This document shows, in pieces, positions 8,363 through 18,561 of a stretch of 34,033 nt of DNA. The translations under genes were made by a program, and so were the position numbers. The stretch lies in sequence record DRR723986_24382. The stretch is one strand, 5' to 3'. The stretch's first letter is position 1. Every line of letters begins with the position of its first letter. The notes below the pieces were generated by a model that worked only from the letters and a program-made list of their open reading frames with translations, was not told the origin of the DNA and searched no databases.

Positions 8363-10984
8363 ATGAAAAAGACATTTTTATTTCTTGCATTATTGGCAGG
8401 TTCGTCATTATTTGCACAAACAGCAGTCATCAATCCTGTTCAGGATAATTCAATTTTTTCTGAAGGAACTAATTCCAACGCCCTTGGAAAATTATATTCC
8501 GGATCGAATGGTGGAGGAGCCTTTAGAAGAGCTTTAATTCAATTTGATATTGCAGCAGCTATTCCAGCAGGAGCAACAATTACTTCAGTATCCTTAGATT
8601 TGAATGTTGATCAGGTTGGTGCGGGAGCAGGTGCTGATGTTTACAGTATACATCCCGTAACAACAGCATGGGGTGAAGGTACATCAAATGGAATGGGGGC
8701 AGGTGCCCCAGCTACAACTAATGATGCTACCTGGGTAGATGCCATGTTTGGTTCTACAACTTGGACTGCTAGTGGAGGTGATTTTGGACCGGCATCAGCA
8801 AGTACGACTTTACCAGCTGCGGTAGGAACTTACAATTGGAATGCCGCCAACATGATTACTGATGTGCAGAATTGGCTGGATAGTCCAGGTTCAAATAATG
8901 GGTGGATATTATTAGGGAATGAATCGCTTGTTCAATCAGCAAGACGCTTCGGTTCTAAAGATCAAGGAACCATGCCTGTGTTAACCGTTAATTATACGGC
9001 GGCTTGTACAACACCTCCTAATGCGGTTTGTCAAAATGTAACGGCTTATTTAGATGGGGCAGGTAGTGCAACGATTTTAGATGCCGATTTAGACAATGGG
9101 TCAACCTTAGTTTGCGGAACCAGTTTAACTTTCTCGGCTTCTCAAACAATATTTGATTGTAATGATATTGCTAGTGGACCTACGCCAACAAGTTTGGTGA
9201 TTTCTGCAGTTTATGACTGTCCTTTAACTGGTGGAACGCCTAAAGGTGTTGAATTATATGTTATCAATGATATTCCAGATTTAAGTATCTACGGTATTGG
9301 GTCTGCCAATAATGGCGGCGGCTCTGACGGAGTAGAATTCACTTTTCCGGCGGTTTCGGCCAATGCTGGAGATTACATTTATATTGCTTCTGAAGCAACA
9401 CAATTCGCAGCTTGGTTCGGATTTGCTCCTGACTACACTTCAGGCTCAATGTCCGTAAATGGTGATGATGCCATTGAGTTATTCGAAAATTCAACTGTGA
9501 TTGATGTTTTTGGAGATATTAATTTAGACGGAACTGGCCAGCCTTGGGATTATGTAGATGGTTGGGCATACAGAAATGCATCTACGGGACCTGATGGTTC
9601 AACTTTTACTTTAGGAAACTGGAGTTTTAGCGGTGCTGATGCGCTAGATGGTGAATCTGATAATGCAACAGCAACAACACCAGTACCAGTTGGTACGTTT
9701 ACAACGCCTTCAACACAACCAGGTGTGAGCGTAACTTTAACGGTTACAGACGATTTAACGAATTCTTCAACCTGTATGTCAACAGTTGTTGTTGTAGATA
9801 CTCTACCACCAACGGTTGCTTGTCAAGGAACCTTTACCTTGATGTTAGATGCAGCGGGAAATGGTACTTTAACAACAGGAGATATTGATAATGGATCCAC
9901 TGATAATTGTGGAATCGCAAGTATGTCTTTATCACAAACTGCTTTTACATGTGCTGATATTGGGACGCAACAAGTGACTTTATATGTTACTGATAATAAT
10001 GGCTTAATTGATTCATGTACGACAGCTGTTACAGTTGATGGATCGGCAGCGGTTACAATTGATAATATTTCTTTTACGGATCCTACATGTAACGGTGATT
10101 GTGATGGGACTATTAGTGTTACTGCCACAAATGGTGTGAATTTTTCAAGTAATAATGGAATAACATACCAGGCAACAGGTAATTTTACTTTCAAATGTGG
10201 CGATACCTATGATATTTTAGTGAATAATGGTGCAGGTTGTGAGGTATCTACTCAAGTTGTTTTAACTGAACCAACACCAGTGATTCTGAACTTCGTAAGT
10301 TTTGATACGGTTTGTGAAAATGAATTGGGGGAAGTTGAATTTGTTGCAATGGGTGGTATTCCACCTTACACCTACACAGTTAGTGGTACATCTCAATCAA
10401 GTCCCGTGTTCTCTGGTTTAACACCTGGCACTTACAATTGTATAGCTACAGATGCTAACGGATGCACATCCATGGGGGCTTCACCTCAAGTTATCCAAGC
10501 CCCAGCAATTAATATTGCTGTTGACTTGGTAAGTTGCGTTTACACTTGCCAGCAAGCTAATGCTACCTATCAATGGATTGATTGTTCAGATTCTACCGCA
10601 ATTGCTGGAGAAACAAATCAATCAATTGACTTGGCAAATGGACCTTATCCATCAATGATTGCCTGTATAATAACAGATGTACATGGCTGTTCGGATACGA
10701 CAGACTGTTATGGAACAGAATTCGTGTCAATGTTAAACTTAAATGGAGTTGAACTTTCAATTTTCCCTAACCCGAGTGCAGATTGGATTAACGTAATGTT
10801 GCCTGGAAACTCATCAACGGTTTCAGTTGTTTTAAGAGATGTAAATGGTAAAGTAGTGTTGGCAGATGAGTTTTTAGCGAGTACCTATGAAATTGATGCT
10901 ACAGACTTTGAAAATGGAATTTACTTCATTGAATTAATTTCTGGAGAATCAAAAGTGATGCAGAAAGTTATAATGCAGAAGTAA
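8363..10984 (+). CDS. T9SS-secreted multidomain protein, paralog of 5645-8287
   Basis: Colinear shared motifs (DNSIFSE, SARRFGSKDQGT, GGTPKGVELY, WFGFAPDYT, DTLPP); IFPNPS...GIYFI CTD. Confidence 0.8.
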   Translation: MKKTFLFLALLAGSSLFAQTAVINPVQDNSIFSEGTNSNALGKLYSGSNGGGAFRRALIQFDIAAAIPAGATITSVSLDLNVDQVGAGAGADVYSIHPVTTAWGEGTSNGMGAGAPATTNDATWVDAMFGSTTWTASGGDFGPASASTTLPAAVGTYNWNAANMITDVQNWLDSPGSNNGWILLGNESLVQSARRFGSKDQGTMPVLTVNYTAACTTPPNAVCQNVTAYLDGAGSATILDADLDNGSTLVCGTSLTFSASQTIFDCNDIASGPTPTSLVISAVYDCPLTGGTPKGVELYVINDIPDLSIYGIGSANNGGGSDGVEFTFPAVSANAGDYIYIASEATQFAAWFGFAPDYTSGSMSVNGDDAIELFENSTVIDVFGDINLDGTGQPWDYVDGWAYRNASTGPDGSTFTLGNWSFSGADALDGESDNATATTPVPVGTFTTPSTQPGVSVTLTVTDDLTNSSTCMSTVVVVDTLPPTVACQGTFTLMLDAAGNGTLTTGDIDNGSTDNCGIASMSLSQTAFTCADIGTQQVTLYVTDNNGLIDSCTTAVTVDGSAAVTIDNISFTDPTCNGDCDGTISVTATNGVNFSSNNGITYQATGNFTFKCGDTYDILVNNGAGCEVSTQVVLTEPTPVILNFVSFDTVCENELGEVEFVAMGGIPPYTYTVSGTSQSSPVFSGLTPGTYNCIATDANGCTSMGASPQVIQAPAINIAVDLVSCVYTCQQANATYQWIDCSDSTAIAGETNQSIDLANGPYPSMIACIITDVHGCSDTTDCYGTEFVSMLNLNGVELSIFPNPSADWINVMLPGNSSTVSVVLRDVNGKVVLADEFLASTYEIDATDFENGIYFIELISGESKVMQKVIMQK

Positions 10985-11001
10985 TCTAATTTAATAGAAT
11001 T

Positions 11002-11040
11002 AAAAAAGCCCAATCACTTCATAGTGAAAGGGCTTTTTTT
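11002..11040. terminator. Probable bidirectional intrinsic terminator
   Basis: AAAAAAGCCC..TCACT/AGTGA..GGGCTTTTTTT between convergent genes. Confidence 0.8.
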
Positions 11041-11091
11041 ATGATCGCATTTTACGTTGGACAAAGCTTTTTAAGAGAATTTCTAAATCTC

Positions 11092-11226
11092 ACTGAGCTT
11101 GTCGAAGTACTGCTAGGGACCTGTCTGCCGACAGGCAGGTAGGAGCGGCAGCTCTTTTGCTCATTGAGCGTACCTGCCGCCGGTTGGCAGGGTCGAAATG
11201 AGCAAGAGACTACAGCGGATAGCCCG
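11092..11226. repeat. Composite nested REP-like palindromic element
   Basis: GC-rich patch containing ACTGAGCTTGTCGAAGT, CCTGTCTGCCGACAGGCAGG, TTGCTCATT/AATGAGCAA arms and an inner CCTGCC...GGCAGG. Confidence 0.65.
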
Positions 11227-11242
11227 TTAAAGCAGCCAAATT

Positions 11243-12421
11243 CTATTCCATAATAATCTCTACTTCTTTTTGAATTTCACCTCTAATGAGTGAAATACTC
11301 ACCTTGTCACCAGGATTGTACATGGCTAACTTGGCTTGCAACTCAGAAGTTGAGTTTACTTTTTTGCCTCCAACAGATGTAATAATGTCTTTTATTTTCA
11401 TGCCGTTGTTGCTGGCATTGCCGCCTTTCACGACTCCTGTAACAACAACCCCTTTGTTGGTAGACAAATTGTTTAATTCTTGTACTTCTGAATTGTTATC
11501 CATGATGTTGATGCCTAATTGCACGCGCTTCACTTCACCATATTTAATAAGGTCGTAAGCCACCTTCTTGACAATGTTAGACGGAACAGCAAAAGAATAA
11601 CCCGTGTAATAGCCGGTTCCAGACGAGATGGCCGTATTGATTCCTATCAATTCTCCTTGTTTATTAACTAAGGCTCCTCCAGAATTTCCAGAATTCACAG
11701 CAGCATCTGTTTGAATGAATGATTCAATTGGAAAAACTTTTTCGTCTGGGTTATAGCTAGAAGTTAAGAGATCAATATTTCTGTTTTTAGCTGATACGAT
11801 TCCTGCAGTAACAGTTGATTGAAGGTTTAATGGATTACCCACGGCCAATACCCATTCGCCCAACTTGAGCTCATCTGAATTCCCGAATTCTGAATAGTTT
11901 AGACCGTGTCCTTCAATTTTAATGACAGCAATATCTGTTGATGGGTCTGTACCGATAATTGTTCCTGGGTATGCCTTCTGGTCAATATTGACTGTAATTT
12001 CTTGAGCGTCTTGCACCACATGGTTGTTGGTGACAATATATCCTTCTGGGGAAATGATCACCCCAGAACCGGCCGCTTCACCATGTCTTTGGCGTTTTCG
12101 GTATCCATCTTCTCCGTAAAAGAGTTTGAGAAAAGGATCGTAGGTTACTTCTTCTGTTACGAAATGGGTTTGTATGTGCACGACTGACTCAACCGTTTTT
12201 TCGGCAGCTAGTGTCAGATCGGTATATTCTGCACAATCGGCCGTTTTCTTGATATCGTCATCATCATTTAAGCCTACTTGAAAAATTGATGCTTGATCAT
12301 ATGGCTGCTGATCGTTGACGTTTACTTGCTCAGGTTGATCAACAAATTGAAATGTTGCCGAAACACCAATGATCGCTCCAATGGTTCCTGCGGCAAAAGT
12401 TGCTAAAATGGATTTGTTCAT
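11243..12421 (-). CDS. HtrA/DegP-family serine protease with one PDZ domain
   Basis: GSGVII, TNNHVV, DIAVIK, IQTDAAVNSGNSGGAL; C-terminal PDZ; N-terminal membrane anchor. Confidence 0.93.
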   Translation of the reverse strand: MNKSILATFAAGTIGAIIGVSATFQFVDQPEQVNVNDQQPYDQASIFQVGLNDDDDIKKTADCAEYTDLTLAAEKTVESVVHIQTHFVTEEVTYDPFLKLFYGEDGYRKRQRHGEAAGSGVIISPEGYIVTNNHVVQDAQEITVNIDQKAYPGTIIGTDPSTDIAVIKIEGHGLNYSEFGNSDELKLGEWVLAVGNPLNLQSTVTAGIVSAKNRNIDLLTSSYNPDEKVFPIESFIQTDAAVNSGNSGGALVNKQGELIGINTAISSGTGYYTGYSFAVPSNIVKKVAYDLIKYGEVKRVQLGINIMDNNSEVQELNNLSTNKGVVVTGVVKGGNASNNGMKIKDIITSVGGKKVNSTSELQAKLAMYNPGDKVSISLIRGEIQKEVEIIME

Positions 12422-12536
12422 GTGTATGTGTTTTTGGTTTTATTATTAGAACGCTTTACCATTAAAAAAGTATCAATAAAAAGGTTTAAAAAATGTTAAT
12501 GTGATGTTAAAAATTTGAACTAAAAAATTAATTCAG

Positions 12537-12564
12537 TGCAACCATGACTTATTTCATTACGTCT
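12537..12564 (+). promoter_or_regulatory. Putative ECF-sigma-type promoter for the LRR protein gene
   Basis: TGCAAC-N17-CGTCT, 25 nt before ATG 12590. Confidence 0.4.
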
Positions 12565-12589
12565 GAGTGCTAAACCTTAACACCACCCT

Positions 12590-15133
12590 ATGAAAACTCT
12601 AAAATTGATCTTAATCTCTATATTCATGACTGGTTCTGTAGTATCGAACGCACAGTTTGTGAACATACCAGATGCTGCATTCGTCAGTTTTTTACAATAC
12701 TATTATCCGACTTGTATGTCGGGCAGTATGATGGATACTACTTGTGCCGATATTGTCAACGAAACGGTAGTTGATATTCATTATTCATATGCAATTGCAG
12801 ATCTAACTGGAATAGAATATTTTGATAATCTGGATGAATTCAAAATGGAGCATAATACTACTATTACATCTATCCCACATTTTCCTATGGATTTAATAGA
12901 AATGAATATTCGTTTTTGTTCTCAAATCTCAAGTGTTGCAAACTTACCTTCGACATTAGAAGTTTTGTGGATGGATAGCAATAATTTAACCAGTCTTCCG
13001 CCATTACCGGCGGGATTGAAAGATTATGAAAGAGGACATATGCCAGGTTTACCAATTGAAACGTCTTTGCCAGTGACTTTAGAAAAATATTCTCTTATAG
13101 ATTGTAACGCTATTAATTTACCGCCATTACCAGCTGGATTATTGCATTTAACAATTGACGATAATGTTGGGGTCGTAATTCCACCAGTTTTACCAGCTGG
13201 ATTGATAGTTTTGAGAATTAACGGTTTAAATTTAAATAATTTGCCGCCTATGCCTAATTCGTTATACTATCTGCATGCGGGTAACAACAATTTAACTAAT
13301 TTGAATTCTTTTCCTCCGAATATTGTGCAGTTATATTTACACAATAATCCTAATTTAAATACAATTCAAAACCTACCAGGCAATCTGCAGCAATTATGGG
13401 CATTCAATTGTGGTTTAACATCAATTGATTTTTTCCCTAACTCAATGATGCATGCTCTTTTAAATGATAATAATCTGACTACCATTCCTAATTTTCCAAG
13501 TTTAAGTGATCACTTTAACTTGGAGAATAACAATCTTACTAGTATACCAACACCACCTCAGAACATTAATTATTTAAAGTTGAGTAATAATTCACTGAAT
13601 TGCTTACCTGTTTTACCTTCTGGTATTTTTCAGATAACATTAGATAATAATCCCTTTACTTGTTTAGCGAATGTTATTCCAGCTATGAATGCGACTTACC
13701 AAGCCTATCCGTTATGTGTTGATAATGATCCAGCAAACAATCCATTCGGATGCTTAGGAGCTGAGGGTGTTGAAGGTTATACCTATGTAGATCAGAATTC
13801 TAATTGTTCTTTCCAAGCGACAGATTCAACTTTAATAAATATTCCTATTACTGTTTATGACAACCTAGGAAACACGGTGTCACAAGCTTCATCATTCAGT
13901 ACAGGTAGATATTATTTTCCTTTATCTTCTGGACAATATGATGTGGTTGTTGATACAGTAAATAAGCCTTATACTTTTGATTGTCAATATCCTGGTGTGG
14001 ATTCAACGATCACCTTAAACTCTGGTAATCCTCTAGCAGATAATGTTGATTTTGCTTTAACCTGCAAGCCTGGTTTTGATATTGGAACTAAAAATATTCA
14101 CACTTCAGGTTGGGTTTTTCCGGGGCAAAATCACACTTTAACTGTTAAAGCAGGGGATATGTCAAATTATTATAATCTGCACTGCTCGAATGGTGTATCA
14201 GGCACTGTCACGGTGACGGTAACAGGACCGGTGACTTATCAGAATGCTGCTCTAGGTAGTTTAACTCCTAGTGTTGCAGGCAATGTTTATACCTATTCAG
14301 TTGCTGATTTTGGATCTGTAAATATGAACACTGATTTTGGATTGGTTTTTTCTACGGATACAACAGCAGTTTTTGGTGATCAAATTTGTGTTTCTACGGT
14401 GGTAACTCCTAATTCAGGAGATAATAACTTGGCAAACAATACTTTTTCAACATGTTATCCTGTTGTCAATTCATACGACCCGAATAACAAATTAGCATTT
14501 CCAACTTCAGTTGAACCTGGTTATGATGATTATATAACTTACACCATTAACTTTCAAAATACAGGTTCGGCACCGGCCTTTAATATTAGGTTAGAAGATA
14601 CCCTTTCGTCATATTTAGACTTGTCTACCTTTGAGGTAGTTGATTACTCACATGATATGCATTATAACTTAACCAATAATAAGCTTACTGTTTACTATCC
14701 AAATATCATGCTGGTTGACTCAACAACTTCTGAACCTGATTCTAAAGGGTATATTACTTACAGAGTAAAATCTAACGGAAACGTTATTGATGGTGATCAA
14801 ATTGAAAACACAGCTTATATTTTCTTTGACTTTAATCCTGCAATCGTGACAAATACGATTGTAACTGAAGTAGAGGTTGATGATTCTGGGATTGAAGGGC
14901 ATTTTGATACTGAGATGTCGGTATACCCGAATCCTTCATCAAATGAATTCAACATTCGTATTGACGAAAATATCTTAGATATTCGAGTTTTCAATCAGCA
15001 AGGTCAATTGGTGTCGTTTGACTATGATGCTGACTTAAATCAAATAGATCTGATTGACAATGACAAAGGCATCTACTTTTTGCATGTGGTTTTAGCAGAT
15101 CAAACCATCACTAAAAAGTTGATAAAGAAATAA
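12590..15133 (+). CDS. Leucine-rich-repeat T9SS-secreted protein with C-terminal Ig-like (SYDPN..K / YTINFQNTG) domain and type A CTD
   Basis: About 20-aa LxxLPxLPxxL repeats; NSYDPNNK, FQNTGSAPA, NTAYIFFDFNPAIVTN; VYPNPS...GIYFL. Confidence 0.85.
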   Translation: MKTLKLILISIFMTGSVVSNAQFVNIPDAAFVSFLQYYYPTCMSGSMMDTTCADIVNETVVDIHYSYAIADLTGIEYFDNLDEFKMEHNTTITSIPHFPMDLIEMNIRFCSQISSVANLPSTLEVLWMDSNNLTSLPPLPAGLKDYERGHMPGLPIETSLPVTLEKYSLIDCNAINLPPLPAGLLHLTIDDNVGVVIPPVLPAGLIVLRINGLNLNNLPPMPNSLYYLHAGNNNLTNLNSFPPNIVQLYLHNNPNLNTIQNLPGNLQQLWAFNCGLTSIDFFPNSMMHALLNDNNLTTIPNFPSLSDHFNLENNNLTSIPTPPQNINYLKLSNNSLNCLPVLPSGIFQITLDNNPFTCLANVIPAMNATYQAYPLCVDNDPANNPFGCLGAEGVEGYTYVDQNSNCSFQATDSTLINIPITVYDNLGNTVSQASSFSTGRYYFPLSSGQYDVVVDTVNKPYTFDCQYPGVDSTITLNSGNPLADNVDFALTCKPGFDIGTKNIHTSGWVFPGQNHTLTVKAGDMSNYYNLHCSNGVSGTVTVTVTGPVTYQNAALGSLTPSVAGNVYTYSVADFGSVNMNTDFGLVFSTDTTAVFGDQICVSTVVTPNSGDNNLANNTFSTCYPVVNSYDPNNKLAFPTSVEPGYDDYITYTINFQNTGSAPAFNIRLEDTLSSYLDLSTFEVVDYSHDMHYNLTNNKLTVYYPNIMLVDSTTSEPDSKGYITYRVKSNGNVIDGDQIENTAYIFFDFNPAIVTNTIVTEVEVDDSGIEGHFDTEMSVYPNPSSNEFNIRIDENILDIRVFNQQGQLVSFDYDADLNQIDLIDNDKGIYFLHVVLADQTITKKLIKK

Positions 15134-15152
15134 TTTAGTTTATCGTTTAATT

Positions 15153-15190
15153 AAGAGCCGATAGTATTGATTTACTATCGGCTTTTTTTT
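15153..15190 (+). terminator. Intrinsic terminator
   Basis: AGCCGATAGTA/TACTATCGGCT perfect stem plus T tract. Confidence 0.88.
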
Positions 15191-15227
15191 GGCATTCGGT
15201 TTGCATTGATGTTTAAAAACTAAAGCT

Positions 15228-15617
15228 ATGAAATCTATCTTCTTAACATTATCACTAATTATTGGATCATTGAGCTTTGCTCAAGAAATTACAAAGCCTG
15301 TAACACAAGTTGCTTTTAACGGAGAGGTATGGGAAATAGAAGAGGGCTTAACGCATGCCGGAATAAGTGACTCTGATCGTTTTGATGATTTGTTAGCTCT
15401 TGAAATTTATAATGGAACTGATCAAATTGAGTATTTCTATGCCGATAAAACCAAATTGATTCATGGAAATAAAACGGTTGTTCTCGGCATTCCGTTTTTA
15501 AGTTGTGGAATTGGATATGACTATTACCAATTAGTGTATTCAACAGACAATTATATGCTTTTTGAAGCTCTAAATGGCAGCGAACGCGCCGTTGTTTTGA
15601 ATAAGCTGCAACATTAA
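15228..15617 (+). CDS. Hypothetical secreted protein
   Basis: ATG start, signal peptide MKSIFLTLSLIIGSLSFAQ. Confidence 0.65.
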   Translation: MKSIFLTLSLIIGSLSFAQEITKPVTQVAFNGEVWEIEEGLTHAGISDSDRFDDLLALEIYNGTDQIEYFYADKTKLIHGNKTVVLGIPFLSCGIGYDYYQLVYSTDNYMLFEALNGSERAVVLNKLQH

Positions 15618-16498
15618 AACCTCCAGGCGAGAATTCTGGATTTTTTATTGCCAAAATTCATGGCTACAATTTTATAAGAACTCACTTCGGTTTCTTTTAG
15701 AACGTGTTTGAATTTCTTCAGGTGATCTTCTTGTGAAACGAGACAGGTAAACCAGGTACAGTTTTTGGCGTATTTTTTACTCTGCTTGATCATTTTTGAA
15801 ACGAATTTTAATTCGCCTCCTTCACAGAACAACTCTTCATTTTGACCACCGAAGTTTTTGCCAATCTCAGCTGCTTTTGATTTGTGCAGATTTTTGTTCT
15901 TTCTTCTGTTTGCTGCTTCAGCGTCTTCTCGCGATTTGTAAAAAGGCGGATTGCAAACCGAAACATCAATTCGTTCATTTTTTTTAATGATTCCCGCAAA
16001 AAGATTGTCTTTGTTGGTTTGATGTCTTATTTCAACTTTATTACTTAAAACAGGATTCTTTTCTACAATGAGATTTGCAGATTCAAATGCACGTTCATCA
16101 ATTTCAGAACCAATGCAATTCCATTTATACTGGCTGGCAGCAACTATTGGGTAAATACAATTGGCTCCAACGCCTATATCTAAACAAGTCACTTTGTTTT
16201 TATGATTAACATCATCTCGAATTAAATCTGCAATTTGATGAATGTATTCAGCTCGTCCTGGAATGGGAGGACACAAATATCCTTCAGGAATATCCCAATA
16301 TTCAAGGTCGTAATGTAATTTAAGAAGTGCCGTGTTCAAACTCTTTACCGCCGCTGGATTGGAAAAATCAATTGATTCGTCTCCAAATTTATTCCGGTGG
16401 ACATATTGTCTGAGTTCGGCATGCGCTCGAATAAGAGGTGTGAATTCATAACGCCCGTGGTGCTTACTTCTTGAATGAAACTGAGCTTCTCTTTTCAT
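15614..16498 (-). CDS. rlmF: 23S rRNA (adenine1618-N6)-methyltransferase
   Basis: LCPPIPGRAEYIH, LDIGVGANCIYP, CNPPFY, NFGGQNEELFCEGGE, SRILAW. Confidence 0.93.
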   Translation of the reverse strand: MKREAQFHSRSKHHGRYEFTPLIRAHAELRQYVHRNKFGDESIDFSNPAAVKSLNTALLKLHYDLEYWDIPEGYLCPPIPGRAEYIHQIADLIRDDVNHKNKVTCLDIGVGANCIYPIVAASQYKWNCIGSEIDERAFESANLIVEKNPVLSNKVEIRHQTNKDNLFAGIIKKNERIDVSVCNPPFYKSREDAEAANRRKNKNLHKSKAAEIGKNFGGQNEELFCEGGELKFVSKMIKQSKKYAKNCTWFTCLVSQEDHLKKFKHVLKETEVSSYKIVAMNFGNKKSRILAWRF

Positions 16499-16556
16499 AT
16501 TCGTTGGAAATCTTAAACGAAGTTAGCCTTTAATTCTTTACCCCGCCTTTTAATTG

Positions 16557-16564
16557 TAGCTTTG
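16557..16564 (+). promoter_or_regulatory. Bacteroidota -7 promoter box for the helicase gene
   Basis: TAGCTTTG matches TAnnTTTG. Confidence 0.5.
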
Positions 16565-16581
16565 CATAAAAATTGATTGGC

Positions 16582-17706
16582 GTGGGAAATTTTAAGGATT
16601 TAGGAATACAGCAAGGATTCGTTAAGAGTTTGGATGAAATGGGGATCAAAAATCCTACTGAAATTCAAGAAAAAGTCATTCCAATTTTATTAAATGGTGG
16701 GGTAGATTTGGTTGGTCAAGCGCAAACGGGTACCGGTAAAACGGCAGCGTTTGGATTGCCATTATTGGATCAAATAGATCATAATAATGATCAAATTCAA
16801 GGATTGATTTTGTGTCCTACAAGAGAATTGGGAAAGCAAATTGCCAAGCAACTATTCAAGTTTACTAAGTATTCTGATAAAATTTTTACTGAAGCCGTTT
16901 ACGGTGGAGAACACATTGAACGTCAAATCAGCAGATTATCTCGCGCAACGCATATCGTTGTAGCTACACCGGGAAGGTTGATTGATTTAGTGAATAAAAA
17001 TGCGATTGACCTAAGCTCAGTAAAAACAATAGTGTTGGATGAAGCAGATGAAATGTTGAGCATGGGTTTTAAAAAAGAACTGGACCAAATATTGGAGTTT
17101 TCAAATGATGTTCAAAATAAATGGTTGTTTTCAGCAACTATGCCAGATGATATTGAAAAGATGATTGCAACGCATTTATCGCCAGATGCGGTGAGATTAC
17201 AATTAAGTGGAGGAAACGTAGTAAATGATCAAATTGAGCATCAGTATTTAGTTTGTGAGCCAGAAGAAAAGTTGTACATCTTGATGCAGTTTTTGAACTC
17301 AGAAAGAAAGAATAGAGGAGTGGTGTTTTGCAAAACAAAGAATACCACTAAGAAATTGACTAAACAATTGATTGCGAAAAATATTCTGGCTGATGCGATT
17401 CATGGCGATTTATTGCAAAAAGAACGTGATAAAGTAATGCGTGCTTTTAAGAATGAATCTGTCAATATTTTGGTGGCGACTGATGTTGCGGCAAGAGGTA
17501 TTGATGTGGAAGGTTTGACCTATGTTGTTCATTTTGAATTGCCGCAAGACGAAGAGTATTATACGCATAGAGCGGGTAGAACGGCTAGAGCAGGGAAACA
17601 GGGTACATCATTGTGCATAGTTACGCATGCTGAATCAAAGCAGTTAAAGTACTATGAAAGAAATTTAGGAATTAAGTTTTCTAGAATTCAGAAGCTGAAC
17701 AACTAG
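16582..17706 (+). CDS. DEAD-box RNA helicase (core only)
   Basis: Q motif, AQTGTGKT, PTREL, TPGR, DEAD, SAT, ARGID, HRAGRTAR. Start is GTG 16582 or TTG 16573. Confidence 0.93.
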   Translation: MGNFKDLGIQQGFVKSLDEMGIKNPTEIQEKVIPILLNGGVDLVGQAQTGTGKTAAFGLPLLDQIDHNNDQIQGLILCPTRELGKQIAKQLFKFTKYSDKIFTEAVYGGEHIERQISRLSRATHIVVATPGRLIDLVNKNAIDLSSVKTIVLDEADEMLSMGFKKELDQILEFSNDVQNKWLFSATMPDDIEKMIATHLSPDAVRLQLSGGNVVNDQIEHQYLVCEPEEKLYILMQFLNSERKNRGVVFCKTKNTTKKLTKQLIAKNILADAIHGDLLQKERDKVMRAFKNESVNILVATDVAARGIDVEGLTYVVHFELPQDEEYYTHRAGRTARAGKQGTSLCIVTHAESKQLKYYERNLGIKFSRIQKLNN

Positions 17707-18083
17707 TCTCGGCATTCGAATTCGAACTTACAACAAGTTGCTTGATCATCATAACAATCTCCTGTAGGGCACATAGTTTTACAACCATAAGTTACTCCTT
17801 CTTTGTTCCAATATTTAACCAAGGCGATCGTTGTACCGTTCTTTAAATACTTCACATACCCTTCAGTAATACAGCCTTCTGCATCATATTTGAAATCTTC
17901 AAGCACGTATTTCGTGATTCCTTCTCCAGTGAATTCTGGATCTTGGTAATCTTCACTTGAACAAGCAACGCATTCTTGCTTTTCACAATCAGACTTTTCT
18001 TTATCCCAGTCTTTTTTGAAATCTGCTTTTCCGCATGAGAAAATAACTAGAGAACAGATTAAAATGCTTGCAATGTTTTTCAT
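17703..18083 (-). CDS. Cysteine-rich hypothetical lipoprotein
   Basis: Lipobox IFSC; many Cys in the mature chain. Confidence 0.7.
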   Translation of the reverse strand: MKNIASILICSLVIFSCGKADFKKDWDKEKSDCEKQECVACSSEDYQDPEFTGEGITKYVLEDFKYDAEGCITEGYVKYLKNGTTIALVKYWNKEGVTYGCKTMCPTGDCYDDQATCCKFEFECRD

Positions 18084-18114
18084 ATCGGTTGTATGAGGAA
18101 CTCAAGGTACGAAT

Positions 18115-18561
18115 TTAATCTTTGCTTTCAAAAACCCCCAGTTCTTCAATATGAGCAAGAGCTGAATCATTGATGAATTTAGTGGTTGATATTGAAGGGA
18201 CCCATCCATTTGCAATGTGAAAGTCAATTAATTTGACAATTGTTTTAGGGCTGTTAAGGTCAATGGATTTTACAGATTTATTGATAGTTTCGTTTAATTC
18301 TGTTGAATACCATATCACACCGGATTCTGGATGCCCAACTATCCATTTTCCAAAAGTTTCTTTCAATAAAAGATTGTCATCTTCTTTAAAGCTTATTTGG
18401 ACAGGGCTGTTCTTGTAATTTTCTAAGTAGATAAGTACTTTTTCGCTGCAAGGTGAAATTTGATTTTCTTTTAAATGCACATGGCTTCTTTTCCACAAGT
18501 AAGTTTTTCCGCGGTGCTTCAATTTTCTTAATGGTATTTTATTAAAAGATTTATTGGCCAT
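18115..18561 (-). CDS. Hypothetical protein
   Basis: 148-aa ORF whose start overlaps the end of the upstream gene. Confidence 0.6.
   Translation of the reverse strand: MANKSFNKIPLRKLKHRGKTYLWKRSHVHLKENQISPCSEKVLIYLENYKNSPVQISFKEDDNLLLKETFGKWIVGHPESGVIWYSTELNETINKSVKSIDLNSPKTIVKLIDFHIANGWVPSISTTKFINDSALAHIEELGVFESKD

Noticed and set aside
12900-13660. LRR region as an IpaH/SspH-like E3 ligase effector
   Set aside because: No NEL domain; the C-terminus is the usual Bacteroidota Ig-like plus T9SS CTD.
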